Positions 35,050-47,774 of a stretch of DNA of 64,000 bases are shown piece after piece (position 1 is the first letter of the stretch; each line of letters opens with the position of its first letter). A program made the position numbers and the translations under genes. Source of the DNA: Basidiobolus meristosporus CBS 931.73. Taxonomy: Eukaryota > Fungi > Basidiobolomycota. The stretch lies in the NCBI GenBank assembly GCA_002104905.1, contig MCFE01000476.1:1-64000 (forward strand). Reading direction: 5' to 3'. The notes beneath the pieces were generated by a model that searched no databases, was not told the DNA's origin, and was given only the letters and a program-made list of their open reading frames with translations.

Positions 35050-36620
35050 AAGCATCACCAACAATGGTGTATGGTTTCCAGGAGTTGTTTTTGGCATCCT
35101 AACCTTTACACTTGGCAAAATAGAGGCAATTTGGCTCTTCTCCATACTTATACTTTTACATGGTCTGGGCACAAGAGGTCCATAGAATAGGTCTGAGAGG
35201 GTCTTAAGAATATGGGTGCAAAGTTTGGGGTTGTTTGGACAGCTTATCAAAATTTTATGTTAGGGGCACCTAATATTTTGGTGAAAGTATTCCAACCAAA
35301 TCACAACAAGGAATTTGATCAGTATTCTCTAAGATTTTAGGTAATGATCTAAGTGACCTTGCTAGGCAGATATTTAGGTGGAATTACAAATTTCTACTAC
35401 ACTCCCACTCAACTAAATGTTCAAACTGACTAATACTAATTTTGACCCAAGATATTCAAATCTGTCTCTAGCTAATGGTTTGGTGAATATGTCTGCAATC
35501 ACTTCATCCAAAGAACAGTAAGCTAAGTTAGCTTTGTTACTCTTTAAAGCATCACATCTGAAATTGTGTCTAATATCTATATGCTTAGTTCTAGCATGAA
35601 AAGTTAGATTTCTATTTAATTTTATTAATCCTTGATTATCTTGAAATAAAGTTACAGGTGTTTTTGACATAGGCCTGAATCTTGAAAAAAGTTTCCTTAA
35701 CCACATTGCTTTTTCATAGCTTCACAGGTTGCCATATGTCTTTGTGCTAGAAAGGGCTACACTTGGTTGCTTTATTGAATACCATGAAATTCCTCCATTA
35801 CAGTAAAGAAAGGTGAATTCTGTGTTGGACATTCTGTCTTCCAAATTTTGTCCCAACTTGCACCAGAGTATCCAGCAAGATCTTGTTCTAAATGCTTATA
35901 GCTGTACCTAAAGCAGATATCAGCAGTTCCCTTTAGGTATCTAAATATCCACTTAACTGCTGTAATAAGATCAGATCCATAGTTCTGATTATGCTGGCTG
36001 GCAACTCCCACTAAATATGAGATATCTTGATGTGGTCAAAGCATGCTTTGTATCAGACTACCAGCCATAGATTGATAAGGGTAGTTGGGGCTTTTGAATG
36101 GCACCAAGCTCTCTTGAATTGGTAGAGCTTTGACCAAGTTAAGGTTTGTCTCCAATGGGTTAGCTGCTGGTTTACAGTCCTTTGTTTGGTACATGTTAAG
36201 TATATCTTGAATATAACTGCATTTGCTTAGGGTGATAATATGGGTACTTTGATCTATGGAGAACTTTATCCCCAAGTGGTAACTGAGTTCTCCTAGATCA
36301 GACATCTTGAATTCTTTAGATAGACTGGATTTAATCACTTCTAATGTTTCTAGGTTATTGCCAGCTATAATAATATCATTTGCATATAGAGCTACTAGAG
36401 CTGGATTTGCTCTATATGGCTTATTGTATATACTATAGTCAGTATTACTCCTTTTGAAGCTCAAAGATTTGAACTAAGAGTCTATCTTGCAATTCTAGGC
36501 ACTTAGTTATTATTCAAGACTGCACAGATTTTTTCAGCTTGCAAACCAAAGAGGGTTATATTGGTCAAGAAACCAATTAGGCTCATCTAAATACATGCCA
36601 TCATCAAGTTATCCATCCAA
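35050..36620 (-). mobile_element. Decayed Copia-A 3' part (LTR to 35401, PPT, RH/RT fragments)
   Basis: CTCCCACTC PPT after the LTR; ORF fragments TKHIDIRHNF and LYANDIII. Confidence 0.85.
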
Positions 36621-36629
36621 TCTTTGACA

Positions 36630-38524
36630 CTATTGGAAGTTTTGTATGAAATCACCTGGAAATCAATCAAAACTTGAGCCTAAAAGTATAAAATGCATAT
36701 CTTTAGGCTACTGCAATGCAAGTATAGCACACAAAATCTATAAAAGGAAGCAAAGTGGTTGATGAGGTTGAAGTATATTCCTTTTGATGAAATTTCAAAA
36801 TTCTCACAAATGGAGACACTGAATAATGATTAAATCTGATAGCAAGTATATCAGTAGTCAGGATGAAATCAGGACAAAATAATGAGAGTTTTTCCCCTGC
36901 AGAGGACTCTGCAACTATGGTCTGCCTAAATCTGTACCCAGGAGTATCCTAAGAGTATGCATTCTAGTACCTGAAACCAGATGATAAAACCTAACCAGAA
37001 ATAGCCCAATTTACTATGTCAGTGTGGGTATAAGCTTAGCCTATGCCTATTCAGTTCATAGTGATGTGCTGCAGACTGTAAAAGAGGCTCTTAATAGCCC
37101 CAAGAAAAGGTTTGGAGATCTGCAACAACTAAGGAGTATCAGGCCCTGATGAAAAATCAGACATGCAACTTTTCAAACACCAATTGACCCAAAGTTAACT
37201 GAATGCAGATGGGTCTTAAAGACAAATGCAAGGCTGAGAGTATAACTAAAAGATACCAAGCAGGACTTAGGGTCAAAGAATACTCTCATACAAAAGTACT
37301 TGACTATATTGACACCTTTCACTGGGAGTTAAGTTGAATATTATCAGAGTAATACTTGCTATTGCAGCCAAATATCAGATTTTTATTCATTGAGTGGATG
37401 TAACACTGCATTTTTCAATGAAGAACTTGATGAGAATGTGTATATGGGCCTGCTGGATGGGCCTGCTGACTAAAATAACTACCATTTGGTCTGCAAGATT
37501 CAAAACACCAATGAGGTCTGATACAATCACAAGCCTAAACTTGCAAGAGAGAATCTTATTTGGAATTAATGAGTTACCATAAGAGTACTGCTGACCATAG
37601 TCTGTATTTTAAGCCAGATAGAGAAATTCAGTTCCATTAGCTGTACATATGGATGATTGTATTTTAGCCACCATTGAACTATAAATATTGAAAGAGACTA
37701 AACCAGTCTATCTGAGGAGTTCAAGATATCCAACAAAGGTGAGCTCATTTACTACTTAGGGATAAAGCTTTGCATAAAAAGAAGTGCCCAGACAAATACC
37801 CTAAACTAATCCAACTATATCCAAGAAATACTAAAGAAGAACCATATCAAAAACTTTAAAGCAGCTGCTACCCCAATGAAGACAATCCTTAACTTGGCCA
37901 AAACTCAACAGAATCAAGAGAGCTTGGTACTATTTGAAAGCCCAGAATACCCTTACCAGTCTATGGGCAGCAGCTTAAAGTTTGGGTTATGTCTAGATAT
38001 CTCATATTTGGTGGGAGTTGTCAGCAAGCATAAGCAGAGCTATATATTCAATGCCATTGCAATAGTTAAGCGGATTTTTTGATACTAATAGGAACTACTA
38101 ACTTCTACTTAAAGCACTCCGTGGGGATTCAAAATAAGGTCTTGTTGGATACTCTGATGCTGATCAGGGACAGATTTAACAGACAGATGATGCACCACAG
38201 AATACACATTTCTCTACTGTACAGGAGTATTTTGATTTAATTTGCAAAAGCAGCTGACCATAGCACTTTCTCCCATAGAGGCAGAGTATAGGGCACCTGT
38301 GAGACAATGTGATTAAGAAAGCTCTTTAAAGTCCTATGTTCATGCCAAAAAATGCCTGTTACTTTATTTCAAGATAATCAAGGATGTACACAATCAGGCA
38401 GAAATATAACATCTCATGTTTGAACTAAGCATATATATTTTAGACCTCATTTCATATGTAGAGCAAAAGAAAGCAGCCTAGATAATATAGCTTACTGATA
38501 TACAGCTGAAATAATTGCAGACGT
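36630..38524 (+). mobile_element. Heavily decayed Copia-A INT-tail/RT/RH fragment
   Basis: Nucleotide similarity to the reverse complement of 2900-4800. Confidence 0.75.
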
Positions 38525-38890
38525 TGGAGTGGGGTCACAGTGACACCCACTGATAGATGTGCTCATTCCCATATTTTCTACTTCCCAATTTTCTACTACC
38601 TTAATATTACTTTTATCTCATTTGACTTACTTGAGCAGTACTATCCCATACACCAGCTGACTATCACACCTGCTTACCCTATTGCATAAGTTATCCCTCA
38701 CTTTATGTAAGATTATTTGATCTGAGTGCTTCTGTCCTAAGCAGGTGCCCATACCAGTACTTTTAACACATGACCAGAGTACTTTACCATCCCTGCCATT
38801 TACATACCATATATGGTATCCCTGTGTCACACAGGCTTCAGAATATTGATCCTTGATTGGTTGGGTGTGCTGTACTCTTGGAACAGCTGT
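38525..38890. repeat. Truncated LTR-X (reverse orientation), flanked by ACGT
   Basis: TGGAGTGGGGTCACAGTGACACCCAC terminus. Confidence 0.8.
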
Positions 38891-38899
38891 TTTCTTGTT

Positions 38900-40615
38900 T
38901 GTAATTCTTCTTGGCTATAATGGGATTCAGTCTGTTCTGGGCTTATGGTGTTTATTGCCAAGAACTGCAGACTTTTTATTATGCTGCCTTGTCACTGGCT
39001 TGGGTAGACTTTTCCCCTTTACCTTTTCCTTTATCACTGCCAGGTCTTTCATTGCTACATTGTCTGAGTGCTTCTTGTATTGAACTACATTTTCTCCTTG
39101 ATAAATGCTGCTCCAATGCATCTGTTTTAGCCTGCTTGTTCCTTGCTGGCACTCTTCTGGCTACCCAACATTTTTTTAGAATATGAATGCCCAGAGACAT
39201 TGACTAATACTGATGGGACTCTGGGGTAAGGCTCAGTGAGTGTGCCAAGATATAGATATAGTAAAGAACAGACTAAAACATCACATGAGGATATGTCAAG
39301 GGTCACCTAGTCATGTGACTAGGTCATGTGACATGCTATTGCTATATATGGTATTGAGCTACATACATTCCAAAGGGAAGCTTCCATAGGATACTCCATT
39401 GTGTATTGATGACTTGGAGCGTTCAAGAAGTAGCTGGAATGTATTAGAACTCTCTAGAAGGAACTGGGATTTCTTCACCAACATGATTTGGCTGGATCAT
39501 GAAAGGTCAAGGATGTCAAGTGAGCATGAGAGACTTCTTAAACAGAGCTATCACTCTGTGTGCCATTTTCAGAAGGCTGAGGTGAGCCTAAAGGCATCAC
39601 AAGCTCACCTGACTCAGCCTGTGAGAGGTGACAAGTATGGTTGGGTGCTGTAATAGAAGTATGAGGTTTCAACAGAAATAAAGCAATTTGCTGGTATGAA
39701 AAGTAGGAGAATTGGTTGATTTATTAAGTAAGGAGTGTGACAATGAGCTAATAGGCAATATATGTACAAAAATGTAGGAGGTGATAGAGTGTCTGGGATC
39801 AGAAAGTGAGAAAATTGGCAGAGAACTAATCAAATGCCACCTAGGTATTAATGTAATCAAAACTCTTGGCCAGGTTTTTTGTGAAATCTGGGGTACAATT
39901 CTTTCTAAGTGATATTTGCAAGGTGACCTAACAGCATCAACACCTCTTAGTCACTGGACTTAAGCTTTGTAATGGCCTTTTGACAGGATCACCAGGATTA
40001 TTTTTCATTTGGTGTGGTACTTTATAGCTTCAGAATATTTGTTGGTCAGCATGAGTTTCAGACACAGTATTGCTGGAAAATATCTAGAGTGTTATCAAAA
40101 TTTTTCTCCTGTGGTGGTAGATACTTGTAAGGTTGCACACCTTAAAATAGTCACATTTTCAAATGTGAATGCCATGCAGCTATGACCACATGCAGCTATC
40201 AGACTAGTCTCTGGTTCCTGTGTAGCCAGTCACATGATGGCACCACATTTATCACAAGGACATGGCAAGTTGCATCTTGGAATAATTTTGGCAATAAGTA
40301 GTAGTAAGTCCTCAAAACCCTCATTACTTGTATTGGTGGAAGTACATCATTTCTCTAGCCACAGCATCATATTATTAACCAGTATATGTATTACTGGGCT
40401 CACTTGGCTCCACAAAGTGTCCTTGACATTTTTTCTATGGGTGTTATCTCATTGAATATTGGAATTTTGCCAGTCTCATGCAGGGTGCATGGTGAGGGGA
40501 GATAGGCCCAATAGATCAGTAAGCCTTCTTCTTCAGAGCTATCACTCCACTGGCAAGATTCAGAAGGCTGAGGTGAGCCAAAGACTGCCACAAGCTCACC
40601 AGCATTGGTTTGCAT
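38900..40615. mobile_element. Scrambled CMC fragments (ORF-Y antisense piece, right-end tail, tnp2 N-terminal piece)
   Basis: Similarity to 28200-28400, 29060-29390 and 20870-21340. Confidence 0.6.
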
Positions 40616-41620
40616 TGTGGTGGTATATAAGTCCAAGGGAGAGATACATCCAACACTTCTCAGGTTTTTTGTGTGTGGGGTGTCCACTGGATGCAATATC
40701 CTCTGGCAAAAGCTTGTTAGGAATACTTGGGTTATGACTCTACTTTAATGTGAAGGGGAATAAAGCCACAAGCTTGTCAAGGAAAAACTATTGAGCTACA
40801 ATCCCCAACTTAGTTGGCATCTTTACAAAAGTATGTGCTGGGTGCAGCATGCTTTGAGATGAAAGTGTACTAAAGCTTTCAAGGTCAGAGCAACTGTAAA
40901 CCTCACCAGCAGGGACTTGATTAAAATGCAGCTGTTGTCAACAGCTACAAAGACAGAGAGCTATCTTTCCCTGCACAAGAACAAACTTGGGAAAGAATAA
41001 AATATAATAAAAGATTCCAACTCTGAGTATTCCTCACAAATGGTGTCTCCAAGGTTGGAGGGCCATCAGTGTGGTTTCTTGGGAGTGTCCTGTGGTCTGG
41101 GACTGGAAGTTTGGGTAGCCTCTTACATGAGCAAAATTGATCTATAATTAACAAAGTGGGGATGTTGCTTTGCTCCAGTAGATTGGATATATGTCAAACA
41201 CTAATCAAGTGTTTTGTGTGTGGTGTGTTTACTGCGTGCAATAACCGCTGGCAAAAGCTTGCTAGGCATACCTGGGTTCTGACTCTGCTCAAATGTGAAG
41301 GGGAACAAAGCCACAAGCGTGTCAAGGGAAGACTATTGAGCCACAATCCCAAAATTAGTTAGCATCTTTACAAAAGTATTTTCAGGGTACCGTGTCTTTT
41401 GATATGACAATGTACTGAAGCTTCCAAAGGCAAAACAACTCTAAACTTCACCAGCAGGGACTTGATAACAATGCAGCTGCTGTCAATAGTTACAAAGGCA
41501 GAGAAGTAACTTGACCTGTACAAAAACAAACTTGGGAATGAATAAATTATGATCAAAGATACAAACTATGAGTGTTCCTTGCAAGTAGCACCTCCAAGGT
41601 TAGTTGGCTATTGGTGTGGT
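40616..41620. repeat. Two tandem truncated LTR-X pieces (second is the variant subfamily)
   Basis: TGTGGTGGTATATAAG start; junction near 41118 to the variant end also seen at 45000-45092. Confidence 0.7.
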
Positions 41621-41659
41621 ATCTTGGGAGTGTTTATGTTGCCCAGAAATAAAGCAAAG

Positions 41660-42290
41660 TTGTCTGCTTCTTTATCAGTCCATACTGCTGAGAGCAGCAG
41701 AAGAACAGTGAGACAACAGCTTGTGCTGACATTTAGTGCAACAAGCAAGGATGCAGCCAAGAAAGGTCATGTTGAAGGTGTGCCCATTAAAGGTGATAAA
41801 GTGGACTCCTCAGGCTCTTAGTTTGATAGCTATTGCAGAGTCTCTAGGCTGCAGCAGGACAACCATAATGCTCAGGCAGAGGAAAATGTAGCAAATGCAG
41901 TATTTCTGCTGAAAGACCAGCAAATGACCATTATTATATCACCACCGTCATTTTCAGCAAGTATGTTCTCAGCTCATACCAAAGCATTAATGAGGCAAGT
42001 AGGTGCAGTGGCTGAGAGGATTGGTGAGATGGCCCAGAAAAATCAGGAAATAGTCCAGAGACAGATATAGCAGATAATACATAGAGAGCAATCCATATAA
42101 CAGGTAGAAAACGCAGTATTAGGTTACAAAGAAGAAGCTCAAGTAGCCCAATGTCACAGGCAAGAGTTGGGCCATGTTCCAATGAAAAAGCAGAGGAACC
42201 CCATACAGTCTTTGAAGTACAACAACAGTGTCCAGAGATAAAGCCCAAAGAAAAACATATTGCAGCATGGGAGGGAGAGACTCTGATCTT
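41660..42290 (+). pseudogene. ORF-Y N-terminal fragment without the MITE (empty-site paralog)
   Basis: Collinear with 21880-21975 plus 22710-23190. Confidence 0.65.
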
Positions 42291-42303
42291 AATAACTAAG
42301 GCT

Positions 42304-42627
42304 TAGTGAAAAAGCTATGAGTCCACCTAATTATTGATATATTATGAGCTAGCACTGAGTTGCATGACATACCAAGATAGTCACTAAGCAGCAGTTTATA
42401 TGACATTTGCTAATTGGTAGGATCTAATAAAGCAAAAAATCTTGGGAAAATCTGAAACTTGGCACATGTAGCCCTGAGACTCCCCTAAAAACAACCAAAT
42501 ACCAACATTTATGTAGTACTGTAACAACTAAAATAATGTGTTGCATCTCAATAATCAACAAGTAAACACCATGTAAATCATACAAATCTCCTATTCACCT
42601 CCCATACATTTCTCTAATATTTCAACA
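42304..42627 (+). repeat. Copia-D LTR (decayed) followed by a GGTTA-like PBS
   Basis: Reverse-complement homolog of 58542-58890; ends TATTTCAACA. Confidence 0.65.
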
Positions 42628-43977
42628 GGTTAAGGGGATTAAGCTTGCTATATCTTGGGTTGCTACTTTGCTCTGGTACTGTGTCTCTATTCTTGAGAAA
42701 GACTGCCTGGTCTACTTGAAGTTAAAAAAGACGGAAAAGTACTGCTGCTGTAAAGAACTGTTAAGTGAGATATATTGCATTAGAGTGGGGGCTTTGCCCT
42801 TTAAGAAGACCCCTAGAGAAGTAAAAGTTCATATGCTAAGGAGGTTATAGTTAGACAAATTCCAACTTATGCAATGTGTAGAGAGATGAAGCTCTGAAGA
42901 AATGAGCTATCCCAGCAAGGAGTCCAGATCAATAAGGGGCACTGTAGATAATATGTATATCCATGCTATGATCCCTATTATTGCAGCATAGAGGAGCTAT
43001 GTTCATAACTTATATATACCTGTATCTTGATGATATTATTTCAGTCATGCAAGTACATGCATTCCTGTAGCAAACTTGCACAAGTCTGTAGCCACATCAA
43101 ATGAAATGATACACAAGCACATTGAAGCTACCTGCAGCCCTAGTTTGGAGTGGTATTTGTGATATACCAGTGGTACTATTGGTAGTACCAATGATCCTGA
43201 GGCTCTATGGGACACTTATTGAACTAGCTGCATGTCTACATTAGGTACTAGAAACAGTGGCAGGAGATACATCCAGAGACTTCTCAATATGAATTACTAC
43301 TGTCATCAAGAAAAGTGCTGATGGGGATTGTGACCAAGGTAAATGCAAATAGTCTTTATATACACTGTAGGATATTACATCAAATACTACTGAGGTATGT
43401 ACTAGTTGTCTTACACCAGTACACATATCACCAGGCATATAGTGCTTGCTGATCATTTATGTAAACATGAATGAGATGTTAATCTTGCAATTATAATCAT
43501 ATCAGGCTACTTGCAGCTCCCAGTTACAGACCACAAGAAAGTAATGGTATGTGCCATCAAAATGCTGAGAAAAGTGGCTTTTCAAGGAGTTTAATTTGTT
43601 CAAATCCAATCAAGCCTGTGAAAAGGGATAACTGACTTAAATGGATAACCTATTAGAATGAAACATCTTAGATTCAAACTTCTCTGGACACAGGAGGCTT
43701 CTGAATGCTCCCAAGGATCAACAACCTGTGGATATGCTACCTGCATGATCCAGATCAAGATCATCAAGAAAAACTCAGCAGTCTGCTTCTTCAAGACCAG
43801 ATACTGGGCAAAGAAACTATCAGGAAGCACTCAGTTTCCAAACAGAGGTAGGTGATGCCTAAGCCAGATTAGGATTGTCCAGTATTCTATATAAACCAGT
43901 AGTCCTACTACACAAGGATAATGAGCAGTCATGCTATGGAAAGCAGCAGAGCAGTCCAGGGAAAACTACATATTTGG

Positions 43978-45092
43978 TGCAGAGAAGTCACAATGATACC
44001 CACTGACAGATGTGCTAATTCCCATATTTTATACTTCCCTATTTTTCTACTACCCTTATTTTAGTATTATCCCATTTGTCCTACTTGATCAGTACTATCC
44101 CATAAGCTGGTTGACTCTCATCACTGCTTACCTTATGGCATACATTATCCCTTACTTTATGTAAGATTACTTAATGTAAGTGCTTCTATATTAGGCAGGT
44201 ACCTGTGCTAGTACCTATGACACATGACCCAACTATGTCACCATCACTATCTTTTTCGCACCATATATGGTATCCCTTTGTTACACAGGTTTCAGGAAGC
44301 TAATTCCTGGTTAGTTGGCTATGTTGTGCCTGTTAGAACATTCCAGCATCTACTCAGAATGTTCTTAGCTCATTTTGATGTCATTAAGATTGCTATTTGA
44401 CTACCAGAGCCTTGTGGAACACCATGATTAGTAAGCACTTTGCCAGTGACCAAAGTATACAAGGGAGGTAATCCCTTAACAATTAATTATCATTGCTTTT
44501 ATCCTTATACCAACTTCTTGATTAGTGTAATCACTGCTACCAGCTGCTACCTGAACTTCAAATCCCAGACCTCAGGTCATTCCTAGGAAACTGAGCTGGC
44601 AGCCAACTGACCTTGGAGGCACTAGTTGTGAGGAATACTCATAATAGGCATCTTTGTATTTTATTCTTTCTCAAGTTTGTTCATGTACAGGTCAGGTTGC
44701 TTTTCTGCCTTTGTAACTATTGACAGCTGCTGCATTGTTATCAAGTCCCTGCTGGTGAAGTTTAGAGTTGTTTTGACTTTGGAAGCTTCAGTACATTGTC
44801 ATCTCAAAAGACACTGTACCCTGCAAATACTTTTGTTAAGATGCTAACTAAGTTTGAGATTGTGGTTCAATTGTCTTCCCTTGACACACTGGTGGCTTTA
44901 TTCCCCTTCACATTAGAGAAGAGCCAGAACCTAGGTATTCCTAACAAGCTTTTGCCGGTAATTATTGCACCCAGTAAACACACCACACATAAAACACTTG
45001 ATTAGTGTTTGACATATATCCAATATACTGGAGCAAAGCTACATCCCCACTTTGTTAATTATTGATTAATTTTGCTCAGGTAAGAGGCAGCA
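43978..45092. repeat. LTR-X variant (reverse orientation)
   Basis: Homology to LTR-X over about 1 kb; different terminal segment of about 110 bp. Confidence 0.7.
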
Positions 45093-47774
45093 GTAAGCCT
45101 GCAAGCACAGCTATCTAATAGTAGAGAGTATGCCTGAATATGCTCAGTATCTGAGAGCACTTGCTCTGATCAAGTGGCTGATGCTCATCTATACCTATTC
45201 TGTGATGAGATCAGAGTTCAGACTCCAAATAATCTGATCTGAAGTATCCAATCAACAGTATAGGCTTGTACTTGGTTATCATCCAACTTCTTCTGCTGTT
45301 ACTTGTGCTCAACTTTCTTTCCTGCTACTATACCCAAAAGCTTTCTTACCTCAAAGTGTATCTGCATCTTGATTCTCCAAAGTCTGTAGTCCTGTTGCAA
45401 GTCTTTATAGAAGAATTGTAGAGGAACACAGAGTTTAGTTAGTATTGTATTCACTAAAACTTGACATGATTTTTATTACAGTTCCAGCAGCCCTTTATAT
45501 TCAACTTGCCAGATCAATTACTGACTAATTGAATTTCCAAATGTAATTTGTGGCTGACAACTTATTTGACTGTATCATCATCATCCAATTAGATCCAACT
45601 TACTATATCTATTTCTGTTTGTTAAGGATCTGCTGAATCTTCTGCTGACTAATGATACTGAGTTGATAGATAATACTGATATACTGATAGGCTAAGCATA
45701 AAGCTAATTGCTTGAACTAAAAACTGATCTACCTAAACATGTAAGCAGTACATCTTATCATTCTCCCCTACTAAAGTTGAGGGGGTTGTCCTGAATCTCT
45801 TTTCTTGTAATACCAATATATATAGCTCAGTATTGTCAGTAAGTCCTGAAAGCCTGAGTCTGTCTCTGTGAGCCAAATGTTCCAGATATTTCCTTTTTTG
45901 TCCACTAGTTGGTAAGTTGCAAAAAGACATTCTCTGATGGTCTTGAGTGGTCCCATCCATTGTGACTGGAACTTCTTCCAAGTGTTGTTTCTCATTAATA
46001 CCAAGTTCCCAACAGCCAATGCTTCTGGTGATATAGTCTTATCAATTCTCTGCTTAGTCTTTTCTACACTTTGAGATACTGTGGCCTGTGCCTCTTGACA
46101 TCTTTATTCCAATTGCTGATGTCTACTTGACTGACTGAGCTCATCTTCTAAGGCATCTGTTAGCTTTGGTTGTGTGAGATATCCTGTAATCCTTGGTTTA
46201 CATTCATCCAATAAGTAAAATGGCAATTATTGGGTGGTGTTGTGCACTCTGACTCTGAGGGCAAAAAGTGCTTGGTCTATACACTCCTCCCATCTACTGA
46301 GAGCTCCATTTGCTTATGTAGTTAGCATTATTGCAAATAATTCATATAACTGCTCAGTGACTCCATTAATTCTAGCCTGATATGCCAAGGTTTTCAAAAG
46401 CTTGATCTGCTGCACTTCCAGGTACACTTCCAATGCCTTTGCCATATGGTATGCTTCTGTACCAGATGTAATTTCTACAGGGCATCCAAGCTTCATATGG
46501 ATCTTGCGGTAGAAGAAACTTGCAGCTTCTTGTTCACTGACTACAGGTAGAGCTTTGGCTACTGGCCATTTAGTGGCATGGTCAATTGCTACTAGGGTCC
46601 ATGGATTGCATTTCCTGGTGGTTGGTAGTCTTCTTGAAGAGTCAATCCCCCATCTCTCAAATGGTCTCACAGGCTCCAGCAGAAGGAGTTTGGTGTTTCT
46701 TTGTGGTTGGCCTTGGTTGATTTGGCAATATGGGCTTTTTTTCACTTGCTTCTCAATATCTTGTTTCATTCTGGGCTATCATGCTCTAGCATTTACCAGG
46801 CTATAGGTTACTACAATTCCAAGATGTCCATATCAATTGCATAGCTTATGTATTAAAACCAGGCAAGCACCAAAAGGGCAATAGGCAAAGGGTCTTCCAT
46901 TAACAATCTGGTACAGTATTTCATTCTGTACTACAAATTTGCTGGCTATGTCCCTGATTTTTCTTTTGATCTCTTCATCCACCTGATTAGGAGTGCCTTG
47001 GGCCTCCAAGTACTTTGGCAATAATCTAGGCCAATCTGAGTCATACACTAAGCTGAATTGTGCAACTTGTGCTGGTCTTGATAAGACATCAGCAACTGTG
47101 TTGTTCTTCTCACAGCAGAAGGCAATATCCAAGTCAAATTGTTGGGTGTATTCATTTAATCTTGTCATTTTTCTGCATAGTACTTTCTGAGTAAATATGT
47201 ACCTGAATGAGATGTGACCAGCTTTCAGAGTGCACTTCAGTCCCTCTATATAGCATCTCCAGATCTTCAAGCAGTGTATTATTGCAAATATCTCCTTCCC
47301 ATGTGCTTGGTAGTTCTGTTTTGCTGTGATCCAATTCCTCGATTCAGCAGCAACTGAATAGGGCTTTCCTTCATGTTTTTGGCTCAGTATTCCATCAATT
47401 GCATCCACTGAATCATCTGTGCACAGAGTAACCATTGTTATAAAGTCTGGAATTCTTAGGCTTGGCAGCTTAGCAGGTTTATTCTTGAGTGTTGGAAAGA
47501 CAGACTCACAGGCTATGTCCCACTTTAAGGTGTTGTCTTTCTTGAGGATATCAGTTTAAGAGGCCATAGTACTGACTAAGGACCTGACAAATCTCCAATA
47601 ATAGAAACTATACCAGGGAAGGATCTCAGTCCTGATATGCAATGGGGCTGCTACAGATTCTTGATGACTTTAACCTTCATGGGGTCTAAGGTCATTCTTA
47701 TGCAAGTCGCTATGTGACTCAGGTACTCAACATGTTCCTTCAAGAATTCACATTTTGCTAGCTTGCCAAATGGC

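Noticed and set aside
42630-43970. Possible internal region of Copia-D
   Set aside because: It follows an LTR and a PBS-like motif, but no retroelement protein motif could be recognised, so it is left unassigned.
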